Source of the DNA: Eledone cirrhosa
Taxonomy: Eukaryota
Assembly: GCA_964016885.1 (NCBI GenBank)
Contig: OZ024764.1
Location: forward strand, 10,726,001-10,790,000
Direction: 5' to 3'
DNA: 64,000 nucleotides
Shown here in pieces: positions 11,993 to 30,299 of this stretch (positions within the stretch are counted from its first letter, which is position 1; each line of letters opens with the position of its first letter). Made by a program: the position numbers and the translations under genes. Under the pieces are notes generated by a model. The model worked only from the letters and a program-made list of their open reading frames with translations, did not search any database and was not told where the DNA came from.

Positions 11993-12380
11993 TTAGTCTA
12001 CGACTTCTGCTATACCATTTACGTGGTTTTGTCTTTGTGTGCAATTGTTCTCCACGCTCCACATATGACGTATTATCTTCGTTTTTTTTTCGTTCATTGC
12101 CAGAGAACGTCTCTATGAACAACCTAAGAGAACATTAGTCTACGACCTCTTTTATACCATAAACGTGGTTCTGTCTTTGCGCGTAATTGTTTTTCACCGC
12201 TCCTATTAATGACGTATTATATTCGTTTTTTCCCGTTCTTTGCCAGGGAACGTTTCCACGAATCCAAAGTATCGTCTTCCTGTCTTCCTCCGGTTGCAAC
12301 GTTTTTTGAAATATTCACTTCTGCGTTCACAGATTGACTTTGTTAGTTTCAGAAGATCCCGTTAAGGATGAAAGCAGCGA
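11993..12380 (+). repeat. Two diverged ~143-bp direct repeats followed by a decayed hammerhead-like motif
   Basis: ttagtctacgac...tgacgtattat...ttgccag.gaacgt at 11993 and 12136; CAGAAGAtcccgttaaggatGAAAG at 12350-12374, just before (TA)n. Confidence 0.6.
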
Positions 12381-12406
12381 TATTTTGCTTAAACTTTAAT
12401 CTGTTA

Positions 12407-13933
<1,527 letters not shown>

Positions 13934-14167
13934 CTCAAAGAGACAACAAACAGAGGTACAAAAGTCTTATTAGTTTCACACTTTATATTGAAAAGAGGGA
14001 AGAAATTTTGACGTGTCTTCTTCGGGAGTACAAATAGAGACAGACCAATACTAATTCCTAATTTTTGCTGGACCGGCAATCGCTCAGTATAATCAGCTCC
14101 TGATTATTACTGGAATTTTATAAGAATCGAGCTTCGATAATTTTCGGCTGAAGCAGGGGAGTACGTG

Positions 14168-14207
14168 GCTCTGATGATTGCCAAACAGCGTGAAACAGAC
14201 TGTCAGC
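14168..14207 (+). ncRNA. Type I hammerhead ribozyme motif
   Basis: gct-CTGATGA-ttgccaaacagcgt-GAAAC-agact-GTC-agc: stem I gct/agc, stem III acag/ctgt, weak stem II. Confidence 0.6.
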
Positions 14208-14372
14208 TTCTCTCCCTTCTTTCACCGAAAAGAAGTAAGTGACATATTCACTACTTTAAAATCTATAGCGTATGGTCTTCTAAATGTTTTTAATTAAACA
14301 TACAGTATATTGCCAAATATATTATACATACGTCCATGTATACATCGCTCTTTCAGAGCACCAATACTAATA

Positions 14373-14420
<48 letters not shown>

Positions 14421-14423
<3 letters not shown>

Positions 14424-14870
14424 TCATCATCATCATCATCAACGTTTAACGTCCGTGTTCCACGCTTGCGTGGGTTTGGACGGGGGTTTTCCCACTTGAG
14501 GCAAGAGTGGTTGTCTTGCTCGCATAGGACTGTCTGGCGGGTTTTCTACAGCTGGATGCCCTTCCTAACACCAACCACATTTACAGTGTGGGGCTGGGAG
14601 GTTTTTACCGTGTTGCCTACACGGCCACATTACAGCGTGGACTCTCTGGCGGGTTTTCTACAGCTGGATGCCCTTCCTAACACCAACCACATTTACAGTG
14701 TGGGGCTGGGAGGTTTTTACCGTGTTGCCTACACGGCCACATTACAGCGTGGACTGTCTGGCGGGTTTTCTACAGTTGGATGCCCTTCCTAACACCAACC
14801 ACATTTACAGTCTGGGGCTGGGAGGTTTTTACCGTGTTACCTACACGGCCACATTTACAGCGTGGACTGT
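14421..14870 (-). mobile_element. Retroposon (RTE-tail-like, ending in a cat/atg triplet tract) with three tandem 112-bp internal copies
   Basis: (cat)n-caacgtttaacgtccg...; unit ggactgtctggcgggttttctacagctggatgcccttcctaacaccaacc... starts at 14527, 14639 and 14751. Confidence 0.7.
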
Positions 14871-15009
14871 GTGTTTTTTTGTCGTGACACCTACACGATC
14901 TCATTTGTTTCGGCCTGGATGTTGTGGCACCAACATAACTTTATATTGAAAGGGGCGGTGTGGATGGGGTGGGGGTGGTGGGACGGGGGTGTGTTTTGAT
15001 AGAGATGCC

Positions 15010-15232
15010 TACTGGTAGGGGCTCCCAAAGGAGCACTGAGTGCAGTGTCAATCTGGATGTTGGTGAGCATGTCCAGCTAACCTCAGTCTCCTCTGTGTCA
15101 CTTTTGAGCTGACTTTTGGGAGGCTCCCATACAGCTCTGAGTTTTTCATCCTCAGTGTATACTGACTAATGTTCAGAGCCATCCTCAGCATTCTCGTGTA
15201 GCACCCATCCACCATCTGAGTGAGTTTCTTGT
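15010..15232 (-). mobile_element. RTE-clade LINE C-terminal fragment
   Basis: [21 protein letters not shown]...ELYGSLPKVSSKVTQRRLRLAGH matches the RTE post-RT region (DGCYTRMLR...RLRLAGH). Confidence 0.85.
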
Positions 15233-15295
15233 ATATATATATATACACAGCGATCATGTTATCTAATCGACGATAACGATTGGATTAAACGATGC

Positions 15296-17817
<2,522 letters not shown>

Positions 17818-18150
17818 GAAAGTAATCCGGGTATATAAATGCCATCGCGACGGGTGTATATACAAATTATTATGTTGTAAGTGTGTTTATTTTAATTACT
17901 GCTGTGATATCGTCTTGTATAGAACGTTCAAGTTTGTTCCCCTGGAGTGTATATATAAATATACACACCTACACACACACACATATATATATATATACAC
18001 TCATATATAAACACACTTACATATGGTTATGTTTATTTTCAACGTAGTTTCGTATATATAGTAAAACAGCATGACACGGTGTAGATGTTTATATGGAATC
18101 GCCAGGTATGTATATATACGATAGGTATGCAGACATATACATACATACAT

Positions 18151-18231
<81 letters not shown>

Positions 18232-18639
18232 TATACATACATACATCTATACGTATATATATATAGGATAATACGTCGTTACGTGGAGCGAGAAGAACAA
18301 TTTCATGCAAAGTCAAGACCAAGTTTATGGTATAAATGGAGTCGTTAGACTAATATTCTATTTAAAATAACAATGATTTACAACCCCGGAGTTTAAGAAT
18401 GATGTAAATAAAATTGAAAACGAAAATGGCAGAGGTTATTAAAATAGTAAAAGTAAATAGTGAAGATTTAGGCCAGTACATACGTACGCCCCGACGGACA
18501 TACACATATATACGCACACACAAATACATACATACACCCCACACACAAACACACACACACACACACAGACACACACACACAGACACACACACACAGACAC
18601 ACACACACAAACACACACACACAGACACACATACACGAG

Positions 18640-19084
18640 CGCGCGTGTGTATAGACCTTATGCATTTCTACTAGTATTTTCACCAAACTTAAGACATAGG
18701 TTACTTATGTACTCCGGATGGTCATGGGCACTGTCATTTTTCCAGATATTGATTATAGGGCCTCCCAGCAGATAACCCCCTTTAACCCCTTCCTTGGAGT
18801 CGACTGAAGCACTGCAGTGCAATGCAACGAAACGTCATAACTTCTGGAGTTCGCAACCGATTTTCACAAAACTTGACACATGGGCTACGTTTGTCCTACA
18901 GATGAATGTGAACTCTAAGAATTGGCATATATTGAGTAGGGGACCCCTGGGGACAGGAACCCTCTTTTGGAAAAAGTCGATGATTTTGTAAAAGTATAGT
19001 TTTCGAAGTAGCACTGAAGTATTGACATAAATGGTATACACAACTGCTATTTAATACCCGAGCAACGCCGGGTACCTCTGCTAG
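18640..19084 (+). mobile_element. Non-autonomous Helitron-like element (5' boundary uncertain)
   Basis: 3' end acccgagcaacgccgggt (imperfect hairpin) + 7 nt + CTAG|t at 19081-19085; internal repeated ttttcac(c/a)aaactt motif. Confidence 0.65.
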
Positions 19085-19114
19085 TGTATATATATATACG
19101 ATAGCTACGCAGAC

Positions 19115-19179
<65 letters not shown>

Positions 19180-19180
<1 letters not shown>

Positions 19181-19250
19181 TGGGTCGTCAAGTATGAAAT
19201 TTGTAGAAAAAAAACAACTAATTTCTACAAATTACATGCCTGACGACCCA
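19180..19250. mobile_element. 70-bp palindromic mini-element in (TA)n (Tc1/mariner MITE-like)
   Basis: tgggtcgtca...aatttgtagaaa pairs with tttctacaaatt...tgacgaccca; TA on both sides. Confidence 0.6.
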
Positions 19251-19309
19251 TATATATGTGTATATATATATACATACATACATATATATATATATACATA
19301 TATATATAC

Positions 19310-19375
<66 letters not shown>

Positions 19376-19427
19376 CACACACATATATATATATATATAT
19401 CACATATATATATATATATATATATAT

Positions 19428-19487
<60 letters not shown>

Positions 19488-19540
19488 TGTGGGTGTTTAT
19501 ATGTATATATGTATATATCTACATATAAACACCCACACTC

Positions 19541-19604
<64 letters not shown>

Positions 19605-19679
19605 TTAAAAATAAAATATTAAAAAAATAATGAATAAAACAATGAAACAGTTCCTTATATTAAACAAAAAAAGTTCATT

Positions 19680-19822
19680 ATTTAACGATCGTTTCTAGGA
19701 TATATATGTGTTAGAATTGGCATGCATATTCAACAGATCTATGTACAAAATTATACAAAATTATACAAACTATCAAAATTAAATATACATACCAAACACA
19801 TATATATGCCGTCTTCAGAAAT
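19680..19822 (-). ncRNA. Hammerhead motif with long stem II insert
   Basis: Minus strand: attt-CTGAAGA-cggcatatat...atatatccta-GAAAC-gatc-GTT-aaat; palindromic gatc loop in stem III. Confidence 0.5.
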
Positions 19823-19917
19823 TGGACACTACCGTAAACTCTTGGTAGATTTATCTACATATATATATTTATATATATATATATGAGTGTGGGTGTTTAT
19901 ATGAGTGTGTGTGTGTT

Positions 19918-19951
<34 letters not shown>

Positions 19952-20024
19952 TGTGTGTGTTTTTATATATATATATATGTATGTATATATATATGTATAT
20001 ATATATATATGTGAATATGTGTGT

Positions 20025-20064
<40 letters not shown>

Positions 20065-20292
20065 CTATATGTAAATGTGAATGTGTGAGTGTGTATTTGG
20101 AGTCAGTTTCCTTTCCAGCAGTGACAATCTAATACTTTCATCATTAATATAAAAACCCATGCAATTACTTAAGCCAAAGGTCAGCTTCAATGAAATTATT
20201 CTAGATACTCAGAATAAACATGAGATAAATTCAAGCAAAGATATTACAATCATACCTGTTCCTGCAGTAACATGGTATGGTATGGTCCCGTA

Positions 20293-20380
<88 letters not shown>

Positions 20381-20461
20381 GTATGTATGTATATGTATGT
20401 GTGTTTGTTTGTATATATATATATATATGTGTGTGTTTGTATATGTATGTGTGTTTGTTTG

Positions 20462-20496
<35 letters not shown>

Positions 20497-20579
20497 TTGT
20501 ATATATATATATATACACATATATTTATATATGTAAGTGTGTATATATATATACATGTGTGTGTGTATGTGTGTATATA

Positions 20580-20611
<32 letters not shown>

Positions 20612-20736
20612 AGTATGTATATATATATGTAAATATATGTGTATGTATATATATATATGTGTGTGTGTATCTATATATATATGTTTGTATTTATATATAT
20701 ATATGTGTGTGTATGTATATATGTATATATATATAT

Positions 20737-21371
20737 GTCAGGTCACCAGTTGGTGCTACTGGTAACATGTATCCCAGTACAACCTGTCTCATGGTCGGGT
20801 CGTTGGCGACTAAACTGGCAACCCCACCAAGGTTTCTTGGTGAGGAGGGTGACTTTGGACATCCTGCAGGACTAAAAACAAAACCTGTCAAAGGGCAAAG
20901 GAGCTCTTAAGAGTCAATGGCCATCCAAAATCACCGGGAGAGATGACCCCTTTAGCCTTAGTCAAGGCAGAATTCTAGGAGAAGGAAAACTCTGATATAA
21001 CACCTGCAACCCTGATGGTATCCAATGATGTTGACTTGTTCTTCTTTTTGGTAAATATCATCTTGGTTAAGAGAGTGGGACTGGCTTTGTGCAGTGCCTT
21101 TGCTCACTATAAAAGCTTCACGGCACAGGCATTGCTTTATATCTGGAGATCTCTCTGCACTTGTCCTCACATGGGCCCAGCACTATGTGTCAATAATTGT
21201 CCTACCATGGGCCTAGCACTATGTGTCAATAATTGTCACAGGTGTAGTGTTTGTACCAGAGGTTTCAAGTCGCTGGCTGGACTAAAAAGTCACACTCGTT
21301 CAGCGCTTCGGTAGGGGTTATCCTACATGGATGTAAAGTAGTGGCCGTACTCGAAAACGAGTTGGCAGCCA

Positions 21372-21372
<1 letters not shown>
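20737..21372 (+). mobile_element. Bipartite RTE-derived element (5'UTR-like segment fused to the ORF C-terminus and 3' tail)
   Basis: ctaggagaaggaaaactctga resembles RTE 5' regions; CSVCTRGFKSLAGLKSHTR resembles the RTE C-terminal zinc-finger-like motif; the tail is shared with 4592-4623; ends in (TA)n. Confidence 0.6.
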
Positions 21373-21406
<34 letters not shown>

Positions 21407-21477
21407 TGTATGAATATATATATATATGTATATATATGAATGTATATATATATATGTATATATGAATGTATATAGAT

Positions 21478-21511
<34 letters not shown>

Positions 21512-21874
21512 GTGTGTGTGTATGTGTGTGTCTGTGTCTGTGTTTGTGTGTCATTCACGTGCAAAGTGAAGTAGCCATAGAAAAATGCTTGAAAACGACT
21601 TAGAAAAAATTTAAATCAAAATCAAAATGTTATCCCAAAGAGAAGAAATTGGAACATTGAGTCTGCAAACCCTATCGTTCATAGTATTTTTTCCCCTCTA
21701 GCGAATCTGGTCCCTTACGATTTGAACACATATATGTATATATCTGTGTTTATCTCTCTTTTATATTACACGGCCCGGAAAAATATTTTTCCTTGAGCTA
21801 TTTAATTGTAAGAGACTATTTTGAGTTTCTAACTCGATATATATATATATCTAAGGCGGGTAAAATTCCCGAGA

Positions 21875-22549
21875 TCCATGGACGAGTTCTCATTATCGCT
21901 GCCATGTCCTGCGTCTCCAACAGACCAGTGTCTGTCCTTAGGGCATCAACATACGTTAACCTTGGTCTTCCTCTTCTAGTGTGTCCATGTAGGGGCTCCC
22001 AAAGGAGCACTGAGTGCAATGTCAACTCTGGATGTCGGTGAGCATGTCCAGCTAACCTCAGTCTCCCTCTTCTAGTGTGACAATGCAGGGGATCCCAAAG
22101 GAGCACTGAGTGCAATGTCAACTCTGGATGTCGGTGAGCATGTCCAGCTAACCTCGGTCTCCCTCTTCTAGTGTGTCCATGTAGGGGCTCCCAAAGGAGC
22201 ACTGAGTGCAATGTCAACTCTGGATGTCGGTGAGCATGTCCAGCTAACCTCAGTCTCCCTCTTCTAGTGTGACAATGCAGGGGCTCCCAAAGGAGCACTG
22301 AGTGCAATGTCAACTCTGGATGTCGGTGAGCATGTCCAGCTAACCTCGGTCTCCCTCTTCTAGTGTGACAATGCAGGGGCTCCCAAAGGAGCACTGAGTG
22401 CAATGTCAACTCTGGATGTCGGTGAGCATGTCCAGCTAAGCTCAGTCTCCTCTGAGAATGCTGAGGATGGCTCTGAACATTAATCAGTATACACTGAGGA
22501 TGAAAAACTCAGAGCTGTATGGGAGCATCCCAAAAGTCAGCTCAAAAGT

Positions 22550-22553
<4 letters not shown>
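21875..22553 (-). mobile_element. RTE-clade LINE 3' fragment with five tandem 96-bp copies and an inverted 5' segment
   Basis: RLAGHAHRHPELTLHSVLLWEPLHGHTRRGRP x5, then LTYVDALRTDTGL; 22455-22553 is the reverse complement of the segment seen colinear at 15095-15193. Confidence 0.9.
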
Positions 22554-22638
<85 letters not shown>

Positions 22639-22708
22639 TATGAAGAAAGAAGAAACATTTAGATATAATTAGTAATAAAATGTATCATACCTAAACTGCT
22701 CCTAAATT

Positions 22709-22796
22709 CCTCGACTACGTAGTTTCGTGGCATAAACAAAAACAATATATCATAAAGATATAGAGTCCCTGCGAGGTCTGCCGACTTATCAAGAGG
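22709..22796 (-). ncRNA. Decayed hammerhead motif
   Basis: Minus strand: cctc-TTGATAA-gtcggca...tgccac-GAAAC-tacgta-GTC-gagg; stems I and III intact, core has two substitutions. Confidence 0.5.
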
Positions 22797-22942
22797 ATAC
22801 CTCATTTTACTAGTCTCAAGAACGCGTCTACACGACGTGAGAAAGAATCCCAAAAGGCGGAGGGGGAGATAGTCACGCGATATAACGGTCGAGAAACAGA
22901 GCTAAGCCTCCTATAACCACGAAGAAAATACCACAGAGGCGG

Positions 22943-22965
22943 TATACACACATATCTCTTTATTT

Positions 22966-23001
<36 letters not shown>

Positions 23002-23024
23002 AAATAAAGAGATATGTGTGTATA
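22943..23024. repeat. Perfect palindrome centred on (TA)n
   Basis: tatacacacatatctctttatttggtt-(TA)n-aaccaaataaagagatatgtgtgtata. Confidence 0.85.
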
Positions 23025-23229
23025 CAGATAGAGAAAGAGCCATATATCGCAGAAGAAACACGGTATATTGTATATATACGAAATGCATATTCTATAGAAG
23101 AATATGTACATAGGTGGAATCATTATCTTCAGTAACATAGAAATGAAGAAACGCAACCACGTCTTCCTACTATATGTGGGTACCACAAGAGCTATCGTTA
23201 TAAGTCGAGTGGCGAAGCTGGAACTACGC

Positions 23230-24800
23230 CACAACACCACCAATAACAACACCACCAATAACAACAACACCAATAACAGCAACAACAACAACAACAACAA
23301 CACGATTAACAACAAAAAGAGCAGCAAGAGAAAGCAACAGCAACAGCAACGACAACCACAACACTAACAACAATACCATTAACAAAAGCAACAAGGAGAC
23401 GGCATCATACCACCACCACCACCACCACCACCACCACCACCACCACCACCACCACCACCACCACCACCACCACTACCAGACATCCAACACTCCCTGTTAT
23501 ATCAATCACAGACACATTTAACAGTTTATTTAAGCGGAGTTCTGCCATTTTCAAACAACAGATCGCTGGTTTTTATGTCTTGTTGTTAATGGTATTGTTG
23601 TTGTTGTTGTTGGTGGTGGTGTTGTTAATGGTGGTGTTGTTGTTGTTGGTGGTGGTGTTGTTGTTGGTGTTGTTGTTGTTGGTGTTGTTAATGGTGGTGT
23701 TGTTGGTGGTGGTGTTGTTAATGGTGGTGTTGTTGTTGGTGGTGGTGTTGTTAATGGTGGTGTTGTTGTTAATGGTGTTGTTGTTGTTGTTAATGGTGGT
23801 GTTGTTGTTGGTGGTGGTGGTGTTGTTGTTGTTGTTAATGGTGATGTTGTTGTTAATGGTGATGTTGTTGTTGTTAATGGTGATGTTGTTGTTGGTGTTG
23901 GTGTTGTTGGTGTTGTTGTTGGTGGTGGTGGTGTTGTTGTTGTTGTTGTTGTTTTTAATGGTGATGTTGTTGTTGGTGGTGTTGGTGGTGATTGGTATTT
24001 TTGTTGTTACTGTTGCTGTTGATGGTGTTGGTGTCGTTGTTGTTGGTGGTATTGATGGTGGGGATGTCAATGTTGTTACTAATGACGGTGGTGATGGTGA
24101 TGATTGGAGCTGGTGGTGGTGGTGGTGGTTGTGATGGTATTGGTGATACTGTTGGTGGTGACATTGGGGGAGAAGGAGGTTGTGGAGATGGTGGTGGTAG
24201 TGGTGATGATATTGTTGGAGATGGTGGTGGTGGTGGTGGTGGTGAGGTGGTGATGGAGGGGGAGGTGGTGATGGAAGGGGTGGTGATGGCATAGATGGTG
24301 GCGGGGCGGGGTGGTGGTGGTAGTATTGGTGATACTGATGGTGGTGACATAGGTGGAGATGGAGGTTGTGGAGTTGGTGGGAGTTGTTGTTGTTGTTGGT
24401 GGTGGTGGTGGTGGTGGTGGTGGTGAGGTGGTGATGGAGGGGGAGGTGGTGATGGAAGGGGTGGTGATGGCATAGATGGTGGCGGGGCGGGGTGGTGGTG
24501 GTAGTATTGGTGATACTGATGGTGGTGACATAGGTGGAGATGGAGGTTGTGGAGTTGGTGGGAGTTGTTGTTGTTGGTGGTGGTGGTGGTGGTGGTGGTG
24601 GTGGTGATGGTAATGGAGGGGGACGGGGTGACGGTGAAGATGGTGGCCGCCGGGGTGGTGACGATACTGATGGGGGAAGTGATAGTGTTGGTGGAGATGG
24701 TGCGGAGATGGTGCTGATGATGATACAGATGGAAGAACTGGTGGTGGTGGTGACGATACTGATGGTGGTGAGTAAGAAGATGGAGGTGGAGGTGGACGGT
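23230..24800. repeat. (CAA/CAC)n tract, ~95-bp unique spacer, then (TTG/GTG)n low-complexity tract
   Basis: Directly visible; internal duplication at about 24235-24600. Confidence 0.9.
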
Positions 24801-25224
24801 GATGTGAGATACGACACCAGCGTTGATGTAATGGCTGTTGTTATTGTTAGTAACAATAGATTTCTGCCAGTTTATTTTGTTTACGTCTGTTGATGGGGGT
24901 GGTGAGGGTGGGGGACGGTGGCGGAGGGTGGGAAAGAGGTGATGTGGCGTCGGGGCGGGGTGAGGGTGAGTGTGAGGGTGGGTGGCGGCGGATGGTGTAG
25001 GAGTGGTGGAGATAGGAAGAGGAAGGAAGGAAGGGTTTTAACGTTTAGAATATGACTTGCTATTGATGTTGTTGTTGTTGTTGTTGTAGCTGCTTTTACG
25101 ACACATACACATATACGCACAAACACGTGTGTACATAGACACACATCATACACACACATATACATATATACAGAGATACGTGTATACACAGATACACACA
25201 AATCATACACACATATACACACAA

Positions 25225-25303
<79 letters not shown>

Positions 25304-25353
25304 GATACGTGTATACACAGATACACACAAATCATACACACATATACACACAA

Positions 25354-25400
<47 letters not shown>

Positions 25401-25447
25401 GATACGTGTATACACAGATACACACAAATCATACACACATATACACA

Positions 25448-25523
<76 letters not shown>

Positions 25524-25584
25524 GATACGTGTATACACAGATACACACAAATCATACACAAATCATACACACATATACACATAT

Positions 25585-25621
<37 letters not shown>

Positions 25622-25905
25622 CAGAGATACGTGTATACATAGATACACACGCATACACACATCTACACACAAACATGTGTATACATAGACACACACACAC
25701 CATACACATACATACATACAAACATAGATATACACACACACACATATATACATATATACATAGATATACACACACATCATACACACACATATACATATAT
25801 ACACATAGAAACAGAGAAAAATTCCCATACACGCGCTTACACGTATAGAGTGATAAACATATGTATACATACACATATATACATATAGGTATATACCACC
25901 ACCAC

Positions 25906-26000
<95 letters not shown>

Positions 26001-26024
26001 GCGCCTGTGTGATTGTATGTGAAC

Positions 26025-26060
26025 TTCCCTGATGAAGGACTTCTCTCTGAAACGTCAGAG
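26025..26060 (+). ncRNA. Minimal hammerhead motif
   Basis: CTGATGA-aggacttctctct-GAAAC-GTC at 26029-26056; stem I pairing is poor. Confidence 0.45.
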
Positions 26061-26189
26061 CCCGCCTCCATTTCCTCCAAGCGTGAAACTTATATAACTG
26101 CGTATTTTCTCATTCCTGTGTTTGTTTTATATTACCATTGTAAGGGGTCTGACGATGTCAACATGAATCGACCTGTTATTTTTATCTAA

Positions 26190-26305
26190 AGACATTTTTC
26201 CAATTCCAACCCACCCGTCCACCCAATCTATCTTATTTCTAATTCTTTCTTCTGATGAAGGACTAGCGTCCGAAAGATTAAGACCCTCTTCCTGCTATAT
26301 CAAGC
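26190..26305 (+). mobile_element. Family C hammerhead-bearing element
   Basis: CTGATGA-a-ggac-tagc-gtcc-GAAA at 26252-26275; inverted homologue at 53478-53600 and a more diverged one at about 59848-59940. Confidence 0.7.
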
Positions 26306-26383
26306 GTTAACCTAATATCTAATATATCGCTCCCATATACTGTAACGATTGTGGTGTTATTTCGGTTTACTTTTTACATACAT

Positions 26384-26437
<54 letters not shown>

Positions 26438-26904
26438 GTAAATCGAAGTTTAGCTGCAATACAGCGAGTAATATTCGATTTGTTTGAGGCAATCACAAAG
26501 CACTCAATATATTGTAAGTTAAAGACAAACATTAAGTCCAGAGTTATAAACTGTGACATCAAGAAAACCGACCGAAGGAACCAGCTATACATACATCGAA
26601 ATTATATATATATATATATATATATTGTTATACTTCAGTTATATTGTTATAATATTGCCAGAAATAATAACAGAACACATTCACTGTTTGGTTAGTTTTC
26701 GCTTCTGTTTCTTTTATATCTCCATAGTTAATTTATTTGCCAATCAATGTTTATCATTGATTGACCAACGGTAAAAAATCAGATATAAATATATATATAT
26801 ATATAGTCTATCAAAGTTCTTTCGTTGCGCATCTGTAACATCATCAGTGGTACTATTATGTTCCCTCCTGTTGTATTGTAATGTCTACGCCATTTTTATT
26901 TATA

Positions 26905-27046
26905 TTTAATATAGAAAAGGCTTCTACGGGAGAAATCATCAGGAGAAATCATTATTCTCCCGAATGAAACAGTTCTATTCCTGTAGAAGCCTTTTCTATA
27001 TTAAATACTTATACTCTGCTTTGTACCTTACTTAATGTGGTTACCA
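26905..27046. mobile_element. Family B fold-back element, rearranged
   Basis: tttaatatagaaaaggcttctac pairs with gtagaagccttttctatattaaa; contains tcatcagg and ttctcccgaatgaaacagttcta; tail ends gtggttacc. Confidence 0.75.
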
Positions 27047-27231
27047 TCGATTAAATCCGGGATAAACTTATATATAGAGAGAGAATTAGTACATTTACCA
27101 ACATATGTGTACAGATGTTCACCTATGCTAGCAAATATATATGTTATGTCTTAGTACCAATGTGGTTCTATGCAGGGGGATGCAGAACAATTATATAAAA
27201 GACGTAAAATAAGAAAATTTAAAAAATTAAA

Positions 27232-27262
<31 letters not shown>

Positions 27263-27444
27263 TAAATGAAAATATAGAAATTAATGTGAGCAAGAAGCCA
27301 ACAGTATTTCATAATATATAAGTGACTATTACGTCAAAATGGAAAATAATTAACGTAAGATATGGGAAAATAATTCAAACTCAATTAAAACAAAAATCAA
27401 GACAGAGATTTTCTCCAGATTTTGTGAAATCCAGGGAAAAACCA

Positions 27445-30030
<2,586 letters not shown>

Positions 30031-30299
30031 TTAATTGACGTTAACTCTATAATGAGTTCCACATTGTTTTCCCAGAAAAAAATTTAATAGGGACTGGTTT
30101 GGTTGAGGGGAAGTGGGGGTGGGGGGTTGTGGACCACGTGGTCTATTAGGGGTCTTAAATGACGGAAAGACCCTTGGCCCCCAGATTGTGGCCGTGGTGG
30201 TGGTGGTGGTGCTGGTGAAGTGAACGAACTCGGAGACAGGGTCCATGGCAGATGGCAAAACCGTTCTTAACCATTTGGCCAGCCATCGACTTTAGAGCC

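Noticed and set aside
18804-18837. Hammerhead-like ctgaagcactgcagtgcaatgcaacgaaacgtc
   Set aside because: The core is CTGAAGC rather than CTGANGA, stem I does not pair, and it lies inside the Helitron-like element.
23573-24856. 427-aa Pro/Thr/His/Asn-rich ORF and similar ORFs at 50-52, 56.8-57.8 and 62-64 kb
   Set aside because: Triplet low-complexity tracts are open in several overlapping frames on both strands.
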